Positions 26,124 to 35,610 of a stretch of 64,000 bases of DNA are shown here, in pieces. A program made the position numbers and the translations under genes. Position 1 is the stretch's first letter, and each line of letters starts with the position of its first letter. The notes beneath the pieces were generated by a model, which saw only the letters and a program-made list of their open reading frames with translations, had not been told where the DNA came from and ran no database searches. The stretch is from Woeseiaceae bacterium. GTDB taxonomy: Bacteria > Pseudomonadota > Gammaproteobacteria > Steroidobacterales > Woeseiaceae. The stretch is from assembly GCA_051007895.1 (NCBI GenBank), contig JBPCYD010000336.1, positions 1,194 through 65,193 on the forward strand. The letters run 5' to 3'.

Positions 26124-26172
26124 GAGCGAATCGCATTTACCTGGTTGATACCGGCATTGCGGAGAGGGCTCA

Positions 26173-27636
26173 ATGACTGCAGAAATCACCGACGTCATCA
26201 TCGTCGGTGCAGGACTGTCCGGTATCGGCTCAGCCTGCCACCTGCAACAGAAGTGTCCCGACAAACATTATCTGATTCTGGAGGGCCGTGAATCGGTCGG
26301 TGGCACGTGGGATCTGTTTCGTTACCCGGGAATACGATCCGACAGCGATATGCACACCTTAGGCTATGAATTCAAACCGTGGCGAGCGCAGAAAGCCATC
26401 GCCGATGGCCCTGCAATCCTCGACTACATTAAAGAGGCTGCCGCGGAACACCAGGTCGGGGAGCATATCCGCTATCAGCATCAGGTCAGGAAGGCTGACT
26501 GGTCCAGCGATGAGCATTTGTGGACGCTCGAGGTAACCGACAGCAAAACGGCTGCGGTCAAAAAATTCAAATGCAATTTTTTGCTGATGTGCGCCGGATA
26601 CTACGACTACAAGGGCGGATACGAACCGCAGATTAGCGGTCGAGCAGACTTTCAGGGCGACATTGTGCACCCACAGGAATGGCCGGAAGACCTGGGCTAC
26701 GGCGACAAGAATATAGTCGTGATCGGCTCCGGAGCTACGGCAGTAACGTTGATTCCGGAGCTTGCCAAAGAGGCTAAACACGTCGTGATGTTGCAGCGAT
26801 CGCCAACTTACATGGCATCCATGCCCGACACGGACCGCATCGCAAACTTCTTGCGCAAAGTACTACCGGAAAAATGGGCTTATACGGTAACCCGCTGGAA
26901 AAATGTCAAGCTCCAGCAGATCGTGTATTACAGTACCCGTGTCGCACCCAAATTCATCAAAAGAAAGCTAATCAAGCGGGTACGCAAGGAACTGGGCGAA
27001 AACGCCGATATCGAAAAAAACTTCACACCTCTGTATGACCCCTGGGATCAAAGACTTTGCCTGGTGCCCAATGGCGACCTGTTTGAGTCGCTACGGTCCG
27101 GCAGAGCTTCTGTCATAACAGACAAGATATCTGCGATTACCGCCAGCGGGATTCGCCTGGAATCCGGCCGTGAGGTTGGCGCAGATATCATTGTTACAGC
27201 TACCGGCCTTAGTTTGTGCCTACTTGGCGACGTGCAGGTCTCGGTTGATGGCGAATCGGTGAATTTCGCCGAAAAATACTCCTACAAGGCGATGATGTTT
27301 TCGGATGTGCCGAACCTGGTTTCAATCTTCGGTTACATCAATGCTTCATGGACACTACGAGCCGACCTCGTCGCGGACTATGCGTGCCGACTGATCAATC
27401 ACATGACGATCGCGAATTCCCGACAATGCACGCCTCGGCTGCGTGGAAGATATCGGGATATGAACGCAAAGCCGTGGATTGAAAATTTCTCGTCCAACTA
27501 CATTCAACGCAAGCAACATCTGCTGCCTAGACAGGGCGATCGTCACCCCTGGCTCAATACACAGAATTACTCAATGGAGAAGAAACTGATTCGCGACAGC
27601 GATGTCGTGGACGATGTCCTTGAGTTTCTCGGCTAG
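26173..27636 (+). CDS. EthA-like class B flavoprotein (Baeyer-Villiger) monooxygenase
   Basis: GAGLSG and GSGATA Rossmann motifs, BVMO fingerprint FQGDIVHPQEWP, and long colinear similarity to my recollection of EthA (GGTWDLFRYPGIRSDSDM, LQRSPTY, WDQRLCLVPNGDLF). GGAGAGGG RBS. Confidence 0.85.
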   Translation: MTAEITDVIIVGAGLSGIGSACHLQQKCPDKHYLILEGRESVGGTWDLFRYPGIRSDSDMHTLGYEFKPWRAQKAIADGPAILDYIKEAAAEHQVGEHIRYQHQVRKADWSSDEHLWTLEVTDSKTAAVKKFKCNFLLMCAGYYDYKGGYEPQISGRADFQGDIVHPQEWPEDLGYGDKNIVVIGSGATAVTLIPELAKEAKHVVMLQRSPTYMASMPDTDRIANFLRKVLPEKWAYTVTRWKNVKLQQIVYYSTRVAPKFIKRKLIKRVRKELGENADIEKNFTPLYDPWDQRLCLVPNGDLFESLRSGRASVITDKISAITASGIRLESGREVGADIIVTATGLSLCLLGDVQVSVDGESVNFAEKYSYKAMMFSDVPNLVSIFGYINASWTLRADLVADYACRLINHMTIANSRQCTPRLRGRYRDMNAKPWIENFSSNYIQRKQHLLPRQGDRHPWLNTQNYSMEKKLIRDSDVVDDVLEFLG

Positions 27637-27645
27637 AGACACGAG

Positions 27646-27676
27646 GCGCCCCGCTTAACTGTACGAGCCGGGGCGC
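27646..27676. terminator. GC-rich hairpin between convergent genes (possible bidirectional terminator)
   Basis: GCGCCCCG (27646-27653) pairs with CGGGGCGC (27669-27676) across a 15-nt loop. No clear U-tract on either strand. Confidence 0.4.
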
Positions 27677-27729
27677 GTCGCCTGTGCGTCGCCTGGATTC
27701 CAGAGTCTGGAATACCGTGGCGGTAGCAC

Positions 27730-29295
27730 CTATCGAATCATGGTTCGAGCGGAGCTGATACCCGGCATCTCCTTAAGCCTGGTTAACATTTCTTCCGCGG
27801 TCGCACTGTCTCCCGCGCCGGTGGCCGCTTTCGCCAGCCCTGAAATTGATGGCGTGCGCAGCGGTATCCATTGCAGCGATCGTTCATAGGCAGCCAGGGC
27901 CTCGACCGGTCGGCCTGCCGCCAGCAATATGTCGGCATGCAGCTCAACCGCAGGTTTCATCGGTACCGGCGGACCCGAGGGCGCCTTCATATCGCGCATT
28001 TCCATTTGTGCGGCCTCACGCGCATACGCGACCGCATTGTCCATGTCGCCACCGGCAAGGCTGAGCACCGCCATATTTTCCTTTTCAAGGATGGCGAGCT
28101 GCTTCGCAGCGTAATCGTTTCCGGCCGTTTCTGCTTTTTGACGCAGCATTGCGAGACGCGCAATAGCGTCTTTGGCAAGCGCATCGTTGCCACGATGTGC
28201 AGCACCCATCCCGACCACTGATACCCAGTTCGCATTGCTGCCCTCCACTGAATCGATTCCTGCGAGTTTGAAGTCACCCCAGTCTTCAGTTTCGAGGACG
28301 TGTCGCCCACGAATATTCAGGTAGCCGTTGTGGACTCTTGCAGAATCGGGATTGCGATCGAGGGTCGCCTTCGCCAGCTTAAGATCATCGGCCGCATCGT
28401 CAAACTGGCCCAGCATCAGGTAGGCGTAAGCACGCCATGACAGCGTATGAAAATCTTCCCGCCCTTCCGCAAGGCCGAACTTTTTGTTTACTGCAACCGC
28501 GGCGTTGTAGGCATCGATATTTGAGTCGACGACTTTCTGCCACTTACCAAGCTGCAGAAAAATATGAGAAGGCATGTGCAATGCGTGTGCGGCCGCCGGC
28601 GCAATACCGGCGTAAACCTCGGCGGCCGGCAATGCCAGGATCGCGTGATCGGGATCATCGAACGAATGAATGATGAAATGTGCAGCACCCGGGTGCTGTT
28701 CATTTTTCGCGAATACCGACTGGCTTATCGAAGCCGCCAGCGCCTGGCGTCGGTAACCCTGATCGCCCGGTCGCACCGTGCCCAGCAGCGACAAGGCATA
28801 AAATATTGATATCTCATCATCGTCAGGCCACCGCTCGTGCATGCGAGCCATATGTTCGGAATAGGCGAAGTCTCGCTGTAACTTGTCGCCCGGCGAGAAG
28901 TACAAAGTCTCAACCGCGGTCAGGAAAGCTTTTTCCTTTTCCGTTCCGGCTTTGGCCAGTCGACCTGCATGGGTTGGCGCCAGGCGTTTAAGCGCTGCAT
29001 TTGCCGCATCCATATCCTGCTGCGCCCACAGCGGGTGATTGTCGCTCATCGCCTGGCCCCAGTAGGCCAGTGCAAAAGAAGGGTCGACCTTTTGCGCTCT
29101 TTCGAAGGCGAAGCGTGCCTCGTCGAACTGGAAACTGTGTAACGCTTTTACGCCATCCAGAAAGTCAGTTTGTGCCGCCTTGGAACCCGAATTCGGGAAG
29201 CTGATACTGCCGAGCGACCCGTCCTGGGCAACGGCAATGCCGGATTGCATGAAAATCGCAACCAGGAAGTAAAAAATTGTTTTGCGAGCTGTCAT
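27730..29295 (-). CDS. Secreted TPR-like repeat protein of unknown function
   Basis: Signal peptide MTARKTIFYFLVAIFMQSGIAVA-QD. Helical repeat content throughout. GAGGAA RBS 7 nt upstream of the ATG at 29295. Confidence 0.6.
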   Translation of the reverse strand: MTARKTIFYFLVAIFMQSGIAVAQDGSLGSISFPNSGSKAAQTDFLDGVKALHSFQFDEARFAFERAQKVDPSFALAYWGQAMSDNHPLWAQQDMDAANAALKRLAPTHAGRLAKAGTEKEKAFLTAVETLYFSPGDKLQRDFAYSEHMARMHERWPDDDEISIFYALSLLGTVRPGDQGYRRQALAASISQSVFAKNEQHPGAAHFIIHSFDDPDHAILALPAAEVYAGIAPAAAHALHMPSHIFLQLGKWQKVVDSNIDAYNAAVAVNKKFGLAEGREDFHTLSWRAYAYLMLGQFDDAADDLKLAKATLDRNPDSARVHNGYLNIRGRHVLETEDWGDFKLAGIDSVEGSNANWVSVVGMGAAHRGNDALAKDAIARLAMLRQKAETAGNDYAAKQLAILEKENMAVLSLAGGDMDNAVAYAREAAQMEMRDMKAPSGPPVPMKPAVELHADILLAAGRPVEALAAYERSLQWIPLRTPSISGLAKAATGAGDSATAEEMLTRLKEMPGISSARTMIR

Positions 29296-29493
29296 TTTCT
29301 TGTTCCTCTTGTTACCGGGGAATCTGGCCCCTAAGTCCCGGATAATCGCCGCTTCTCCGGCGACCAGGCTATTGCATGATCCTACCATGAGCACCGATTG
29401 CTGCGGTCACATCTGTTGCCCCGCAGGCCGGCAAATCGGGCTTTTTCGGCGCACTTTGATATGCTGCCTGCCTTCTGAAAACGAGTAACGCCA

Positions 29494-30153
29494 GTGCCAA
29501 CCAAGCTCGATCTAACTGAAGCACGCATTATTGGCAGCCTGATCGAAAAATCAGTCGTAACGCCGAATCAATACCCGATGACCTTAAATGCGCTGACCAA
29601 CGCCTGTAATCAAAAATCCGGGCGCAATCCGGTTATGGCGCTAAAACAGGGTGAGCTGCAGGCGACGCTTAGAAGCCTGGCGGTACAGAACCTTGTTCGC
29701 GCGGACGAGAATTTCAAGAGCAGGACGGAAAAATACGTGCAGCGATTCTGCAATACGCGCTACAGCGAGTACCAGTTCGATCCTGCACAGCTCGCCATCG
29801 TGTGCCTCTTGTTGCTGCGCGGTCCGCAAACCCCCGGAGAACTCCGCTCACGAAGTGGCCGAATGCATACATTTGACGATAACTCAGCGGTGGTGATGGC
29901 GCTTAACGAGCTCATGGAACAGGATCTTGAGCCGCTTGTGGTCAAGCTGCCCCGCACGCCGGGTCGCAAAGATTCGGAGTATATGCACCTGTTTTCGGGT
30001 CCGGTCGACGCCGAAGCACATGCTGCCCGGGCCAAGGCTGCAAAGCCTGCGAACAGTTCTGCGCGGACCAGCACGTCAGATCTCGAGCGCCGCGTCAGCC
30101 AGCTGGAAAGCGAGGTCGCGGCACTGAAAGAAAAACTGGGAATGGATGGTTAA
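29494..30153 (+). CDS. yceH: YceH (UPF0502/DUF480) family protein
   Basis: LTEARIIGSLIEKSVVTPNQYPMTLNALTNACNQKSGRNPVM, RFCNT, LLLRGPQTPGELRSRS, YMHLFSG and the C-terminal coiled coil are all colinear with recalled E. coli YceH. Confidence 0.85.
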   Translation: MPTKLDLTEARIIGSLIEKSVVTPNQYPMTLNALTNACNQKSGRNPVMALKQGELQATLRSLAVQNLVRADENFKSRTEKYVQRFCNTRYSEYQFDPAQLAIVCLLLLRGPQTPGELRSRSGRMHTFDDNSAVVMALNELMEQDLEPLVVKLPRTPGRKDSEYMHLFSGPVDAEAHAARAKAAKPANSSARTSTSDLERRVSQLESEVAALKEKLGMDG

Positions 30154-30198
30154 CCGGTTCGAGATCGAACCTGCAACACCGTTACTTAAGTCACTGAC

Positions 30199-32127
30199 GT
30201 GCTTACACTCAACCAGATCAGCCTCCGTCGCGGGCGCAAACTTCTCGTAAAAGGCGTCAGCTTCCAGGTACATGCCGGGCAACGTATGGGCGTAATCGGT
30301 GCCAATGGCAGCGGCAAGTCAACGCTGTTTGCCATGCTGCTGGGAGAACTCGAGGCGGATGACGGGGAGCTTGGCCTGGCGGCGGGCATCGAAATCGCAC
30401 ATGTAGCCCAGCAAAGTCCCGACAGCCCGGCAAGCGCCATCGACTACGTAATGGACGGCGACGCGGAGTTGCGCCAGGTTCAGCGCGCTATCGCGAAGCA
30501 CGAAGCGAATTCAGGCAGTGACAGCTCGGCGCTGCACGCGCTTTATGAACGCATGGAGACGATAGACGGCTACAGCGCAGAATCGCGTGCAGCGAGACTT
30601 TTGCACGGACTTGGATTTGTGACCGGAGAAATTCAGAACCCGGTACGCGAATTCTCCGGTGGCTGGCGCATGCGCCTCAATCTCGCGCGCGCCCTGATGT
30701 GCCGATCAGACCTGCTGCTACTCGACGAACCCACCAATCACCTGGATTTGCCGGCGATCCTGTGGCTCGAGCGCTGGCTCAAGCGCTACGACGGCATCCT
30801 GCTGGTGATCTCTCATGATCGTGATTTTCTCGACCAGATTTGCACGCGCATGGCCCATATTGAACACCAGGAGGTACACACCTACACAGGGAACTACAGC
30901 CAGTTTGAGGCACAGCGCGCAGAGCAGTTGGCACAGCAACAGGCTCTCCACGTTCGCCAGCAAAAAGAGATCAAACATATCCAAAGCTACGTCGACCGGT
31001 TTCGCTACAAGGCGTCAAAAGCACGCCAGGCGCAGAGCCGCCTCAAAATGCTGGAGCGCATGACTGTCATCGCACCCGCTCACGTCGACTCACCGTTCCG
31101 GTTCCATTTTGCTGAACCGAAAAAGCAACCCCAGCATCTGCTTAACCTCATGGATGCCGCGGTAGGCTATGCCGACAGCGAAGATGGCCCCGTTCTGACC
31201 AACATCAGGCTGAACATTTCTGCCGGTGACCGAATTGGCCTGCTCGGCGTCAACGGCGCCGGCAAGTCCACGCTGGTCAAAGCCCTGTCGACGGGCAGCA
31301 CGCTCCTTTCCGGCGAGCGCGTACTGAGCAAAGATACCAACATTGGCTACTTCGCCCAGCATCAGCTCGACCTGTTGCAACCGGAGCAAAGTCCGATTGA
31401 TCATTTGCGGCAGTATCGTCCCGACGATCGCGAGTCCGACCATCGCAAATACCTTGGCCGGTTTGGCTTCAGCGGTGAGAGAATTTTCGAATCTGTCGCA
31501 CCGTTTTCCGGCGGAGAGAAAGCTCGTCTCGTGCTGGCGCTGATGATCAGCCAGGCGCCCAACCTGTTGTTGCTGGATGAACCCACAAATCACCTGGACC
31601 TCGAAATGCGCCAGGCCTTGAGTGTCGCACTCATCGAGTACACTGGTGCACTGGTCGTCATCTCACATGATCGACACCTGTTACGCAGCGTGTGCGACGA
31701 CCTGCTGATCGTGCACGATGGCGTTGTGGACCGCTTTAATCGCAGCCTGGACGAATATCCGGCCTGGCTCAAGGAACAACAAGCCGGCAACGACGATGAC
31801 GATGGCGCCGCACTGGCCAGAAATAAATCTGCCCCGCAAATAAGCAGGAAAGAGAAGCGCAGGCTTGACGCAGAACGCCGGCAGCGCTTGAAGCCACTAA
31901 CGGACAAAGTCCGCGGCGTCGAGTCAGACCTAACCACCAGGCGTAAAGAACTCGAGCGGCTCGAGTCGCAGCTTGCGGACGAGAACCTTTACACGGACGC
32001 AGATCGTTCCGGCGAACTGGCTGACCTGGTGCAGAAACAGTCAACCTTAAAAGCAGAGATCGAGACGCTCGAATGGAACTGGATGGAAGCAAGTGAGGCC
32101 CTGGAAAGTGCTGGCGAGGATCTTTGA
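30199..32127 (+). CDS. yheS: ABC-F family ATPase (YheS-like)
   Basis: Two ABC cassettes (GANGSGKST, GVNGAGKST; two LSGG-type signatures FSGGWRMR and FSGGEKAR), an inter-domain linker and a C-terminal coiled coil. Long colinear similarity to recalled YheS. No TM domain. Confidence 0.85.
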   Translation: MLTLNQISLRRGRKLLVKGVSFQVHAGQRMGVIGANGSGKSTLFAMLLGELEADDGELGLAAGIEIAHVAQQSPDSPASAIDYVMDGDAELRQVQRAIAKHEANSGSDSSALHALYERMETIDGYSAESRAARLLHGLGFVTGEIQNPVREFSGGWRMRLNLARALMCRSDLLLLDEPTNHLDLPAILWLERWLKRYDGILLVISHDRDFLDQICTRMAHIEHQEVHTYTGNYSQFEAQRAEQLAQQQALHVRQQKEIKHIQSYVDRFRYKASKARQAQSRLKMLERMTVIAPAHVDSPFRFHFAEPKKQPQHLLNLMDAAVGYADSEDGPVLTNIRLNISAGDRIGLLGVNGAGKSTLVKALSTGSTLLSGERVLSKDTNIGYFAQHQLDLLQPEQSPIDHLRQYRPDDRESDHRKYLGRFGFSGERIFESVAPFSGGEKARLVLALMISQAPNLLLLDEPTNHLDLEMRQALSVALIEYTGALVVISHDRHLLRSVCDDLLIVHDGVVDRFNRSLDEYPAWLKEQQAGNDDDDGAALARNKSAPQISRKEKRRLDAERRQRLKPLTDKVRGVESDLTTRRKELERLESQLADENLYTDADRSGELADLVQKQSTLKAEIETLEWNWMEASEALESAGEDL

Positions 32128-32219
32128 TACGCCGTCCGAATACCCTCGACTGGGCTTGCAATACTACGCAGCGACACAAAGATCTGGACACCCGCTCGTG
32201 AAACAAGAAAAACGATTCA

Positions 32220-34043
32220 ATGCCTGAGGACAACCATGCCGAAACCGGGTTCTTCGGTCGCGCGCTAGGCGTATTCGGATACAGCAGGCGTGCGCTGGAC
32301 CTGGTCTGGACGACGAGTAAACCGCTGACCCTGACCCTGGCCGTGCTGACGCTGATCGCAGGCATTCTGCCCGCGGCTATCGCTTACGTTGGCCAGCTCA
32401 TTGTGGACGGTGTGGTCGCTGCGATGTCGGCGGAAACACCCAATACGGAGCCCGTTCTGTGGTTGCTGGCGCTGGAGGCACTGATTGTCGTAATGGTTGC
32501 CGCCAGTCAGCGCGGCATTTCTGCGTGTCAGTCTCTTCTGCGCGCATTGCTGGGACAACGAGTTAACGTCATGATCCTTGAGAAGGCGCTGACGCTGCAG
32601 CTCGAACATTTTGAAGATTCGGAGTTCTATGACAAATTGAACCAGGCCCGGCGGGAGGCGTCCAGCAGGCCGCTCAGTCTCGTCAACAGAACATTCGGGC
32701 TTGTGCAAAACCTGATATCACTCTCGAGTTTTGCCATCTTGTTGTTCGCATTTTCGCCATGGGCGGTGGTAATTCTCATTGGCGCCGGCCTGCCTTCTTT
32801 CTTCGCTGAGGCGAAATTCTCCGGCGACGCATTTAGATTGTTTCGCTGGCGCTCACCAGAAACGCGCATGCAGATGTACCTGGAAACAGTCATCGCGCGT
32901 GAAGACGGCGTCAAAGAGGTAAAACTTTTTCAGCTGGGACCGCGCCTGCTGCAGCGGTACCGCGATATTTTCAGCAAGCTCTTCGTTGAAGATCGCAGGC
33001 TGACGCTGCGACGGGATGGCTGGGGCTTCATCCTCGGCCTGGTATCCACCGCGGCATTCTATGGCGCCTATGCATGGATCGTCATTGCTACTGTTAACGG
33101 CGAAATCACGCTTGGTGCAATGACCATGTACCTGCTCTTGTTTCGCCAGGGGCAGTCGGCGGTGGCGGCGATTCTTTCCTCAGTCAGCGGCATGTACGAA
33201 GACAATTTGTACCTCTCGAACCTCTATGACTATCTGGGTCAGCCGGTAATTGCCCGATCCGGAGATGCTGAACAAGGGCCGGATCCTGATCGTGGCCTCG
33301 AATTCAGGAACGTTTCGTTTGCCTATCCGGGCGCGGGTCAAAACGCACTCAGCAACATATCGCTGCAGATTCGACCCGGGGAAAGTCTCGCGCTGGTAGG
33401 CGAAAACGGATCAGGCAAGACGACACTGATTAAATTGCTTACCCGCCTGTACGAGCCAACTGAAGGCACCATACTGCTCGATGGGCTGCCGCTGCAGGAC
33501 TGGGATGTCGAAGCACTTCGCCAGCGCACCGGCGTCATCTTCCAGGACTTCGGTCGCTACCAGTTTTCCGTTGGCGAGAATATTGGCGCGGGGGATGTCC
33601 GCCATATCGACGATGCGGAACGCTGGGCGGAGGCTGCAGATACCGGGATGGCAGCGCCGTTTATTGACGCGATGCCGGATGGATACGAAACGCAACTGGG
33701 CCGCTGGTTCAAAGGTGGACGCGAACTGTCCGGTGGGCAGTGGCAGAAGATAGCCCTGTCGCGTGCGTTCATGCGAACCGATGCCGACATACTGGTACTC
33801 GATGAACCGACGGCCGCGATGGACGCGGCTTCCGAAGCGGCCGTCTTCGAACATTTTCGCTCGGCGAGCGACAGCAAAATCACTATTCTGATTTCGCATC
33901 GCTTCTCTACCGTGCGTGCAGCCGATCACATCATCGTTATTCACGATGGCGAAATTGTTGAGCAGGGCAACCATGAGAGCCTGTTGCGACTGGGCGGGCA
34001 ATACGCCAGCTTGTTCAAACTGCAGGCACAGGGCTACCAATAG
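32220..34043 (+). CDS. Fused TMD-NBD ABC exporter (MsbA/type-1 exporter fold)
   Basis: Six N-terminal TM helices, Walker A GENGSGKTT, signature LSGGQWQK, Walker B ILVLDEPT. Confidence 0.85.
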   Translation: MPEDNHAETGFFGRALGVFGYSRRALDLVWTTSKPLTLTLAVLTLIAGILPAAIAYVGQLIVDGVVAAMSAETPNTEPVLWLLALEALIVVMVAASQRGISACQSLLRALLGQRVNVMILEKALTLQLEHFEDSEFYDKLNQARREASSRPLSLVNRTFGLVQNLISLSSFAILLFAFSPWAVVILIGAGLPSFFAEAKFSGDAFRLFRWRSPETRMQMYLETVIAREDGVKEVKLFQLGPRLLQRYRDIFSKLFVEDRRLTLRRDGWGFILGLVSTAAFYGAYAWIVIATVNGEITLGAMTMYLLLFRQGQSAVAAILSSVSGMYEDNLYLSNLYDYLGQPVIARSGDAEQGPDPDRGLEFRNVSFAYPGAGQNALSNISLQIRPGESLALVGENGSGKTTLIKLLTRLYEPTEGTILLDGLPLQDWDVEALRQRTGVIFQDFGRYQFSVGENIGAGDVRHIDDAERWAEAADTGMAAPFIDAMPDGYETQLGRWFKGGRELSGGQWQKIALSRAFMRTDADILVLDEPTAAMDAASEAAVFEHFRSASDSKITILISHRFSTVRAADHIIVIHDGEIVEQGNHESLLRLGGQYASLFKLQAQGYQ

Positions 34044-34059
34044 CGGTTCCGACTTTTGA

Positions 34060-35577
34060 TCAGTTGACCGGACTGCCTGGCAACACCCCAAGGTTGCGAC
34101 CAATCCTTAAGGGAGCGTCGAATGACTGGGGGTCATAGAGTACGAAGTCGGTCAGGCCGTCTGCATCGAAATCAGAAAAACGAATGACGCCGGCGGTGGA
34201 CAGCTTCTGCAAAGCGGTGCGTTTATCGAACGGTCCCTTGTCGCCACCGAGATAAACTTCGATTCCCTTCCCACCAGCGGACATAACGAAATCCATCAAT
34301 CCGTCCGCGTTGAGGTCGATTTCGCCAGCTGGCATGAATCCCTTTGGCCGAAACGTGTCGAAACTGATGGCCGTACTGATCTTTCTGCTCGACCATGGTT
34401 TGGTGTTGAATCGTCCGTTGTCCTGCAATCGATGAATTTCCATGCGCACATCGACCTTACGTGTCAGCAACAGTTCGACGATTTCGAACACGCTGAATTT
34501 CAGCTGTATTCTCAGTAATTCAAAGGCATCATCCTGATCAACGTGCACCAGCAGATCTGAACTCAGCGACCCCTTGCTGACGAACCTGTCGTCCGGTTCA
34601 GCAATGTTCCAGCGATCGCCGCGATTGAGGTGAATTGTCGTCGTCGAAACCGTGTCGGAAAAAGTCCCCTCAACGTGGGTAATCATTAAGTCAAGACGAT
34701 CATCGCCGTTTATGTCTTTGACGGTTGTTACAACACTTCCGGAACCCCGCATGTGATCCCGCCCGCTGACGAGCTCGATGGGTATGGTATAGGTGGGTTG
34801 CCGCTTGAAACCGCCCAAGTCCTCACGCAGGAAAACCCGGATTTCATGGCGTGTGGTAGCGACGATGTCGGCCAGACCGTCGCCATTCACGTCACCGACA
34901 TTCAGCTTCGGCACGTCCAGGAACAGCTGAATATCACTTTCAACGGAGAGCAGACTCGAATCCCTGGCAATGAAATAATTGGCGCGTCGTCCAGTGTCAA
35001 TGCGCGCAACCAGGCTGCCGTCAGCCTTTAGCGCCGACAGCGCGCCGACCTGTGGCACGAGTATCCATGGCGCTGCATCGAACTCGCGGTACACCATGGG
35101 ATACCGGTCGAAACCCCTTTCATCGTCCGATGCGGCCACCGTGCTGGGCCCGTCAACCGGCAGGTCCCAGCGGGCAACCGAATCGTTCGCGAGTGACAGA
35201 ATCGTTATGCTGTCGGGACGCAGCAGCAATAGCTCCTCACCCGGCGTGTCTTTCAAATCCGCAACATCGTAGACAGCACTCCATGGAGGAATCGGTACAG
35301 TGCGACTTGCGACATCCGGGAACGTGCCATCTGGCCGCTGAAAGTGGACATTGATGGTGCGCGTCTCTGCTGGTGGAACACCTTTGAGCGTCGCCAGCAT
35401 CAAGTCTTTGCGTGAATCGCCGTTGAAATCGGCAAAGTGCGCTGTAACAACTCGACTGCCACCAGGCAGCTCATCAATCTCGAAGATCTTGTCGTCGGCC
35501 AGGGCAACCCGGCAAAGTCCGGCAACTGCCAGCAGCAGCACCACCGAAATAGTCACGGGCCATTTCTCAGTTTTCAT
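34060..35577 (-). CDS. Secreted FG-GAP/VCBS-repeat beta-propeller protein
   Basis: Signal peptide plus repeated Ca-binding-like loops DFNGDSRKDL, DVNGDGLADI, DINGDDRLDL, DLNADGLMDF and DFDADGLTDF. Confidence 0.75.
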   Translation of the reverse strand: MKTEKWPVTISVVLLLAVAGLCRVALADDKIFEIDELPGGSRVVTAHFADFNGDSRKDLMLATLKGVPPAETRTINVHFQRPDGTFPDVASRTVPIPPWSAVYDVADLKDTPGEELLLLRPDSITILSLANDSVARWDLPVDGPSTVAASDDERGFDRYPMVYREFDAAPWILVPQVGALSALKADGSLVARIDTGRRANYFIARDSSLLSVESDIQLFLDVPKLNVGDVNGDGLADIVATTRHEIRVFLREDLGGFKRQPTYTIPIELVSGRDHMRGSGSVVTTVKDINGDDRLDLMITHVEGTFSDTVSTTTIHLNRGDRWNIAEPDDRFVSKGSLSSDLLVHVDQDDAFELLRIQLKFSVFEIVELLLTRKVDVRMEIHRLQDNGRFNTKPWSSRKISTAISFDTFRPKGFMPAGEIDLNADGLMDFVMSAGGKGIEVYLGGDKGPFDKRTALQKLSTAGVIRFSDFDADGLTDFVLYDPQSFDAPLRIGRNLGVLPGSPVN

Positions 35578-35610
35578 CGTGCAGTTCCCACAGGAGTCAG
35601 AGACTGAATG

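Noticed and set aside
30156-30171. GGTTCGAGATCGAACC, superficially like a tRNA T-arm (GGTTCGA)
   Set aside because: There are no flanking acceptor, D or anticodon arms. It is a 16-nt palindrome with a 2-nt centre between yceH and yheS, so at most it is a weak hairpin.
31769-34103. Minus-strand ORFs of 198 aa (31769-32365) and 230 aa (33411-34103)
   Set aside because: They are antisense to the ABC-F and ABC exporter genes, which carry clear Walker and signature motifs. They have no motifs of their own.
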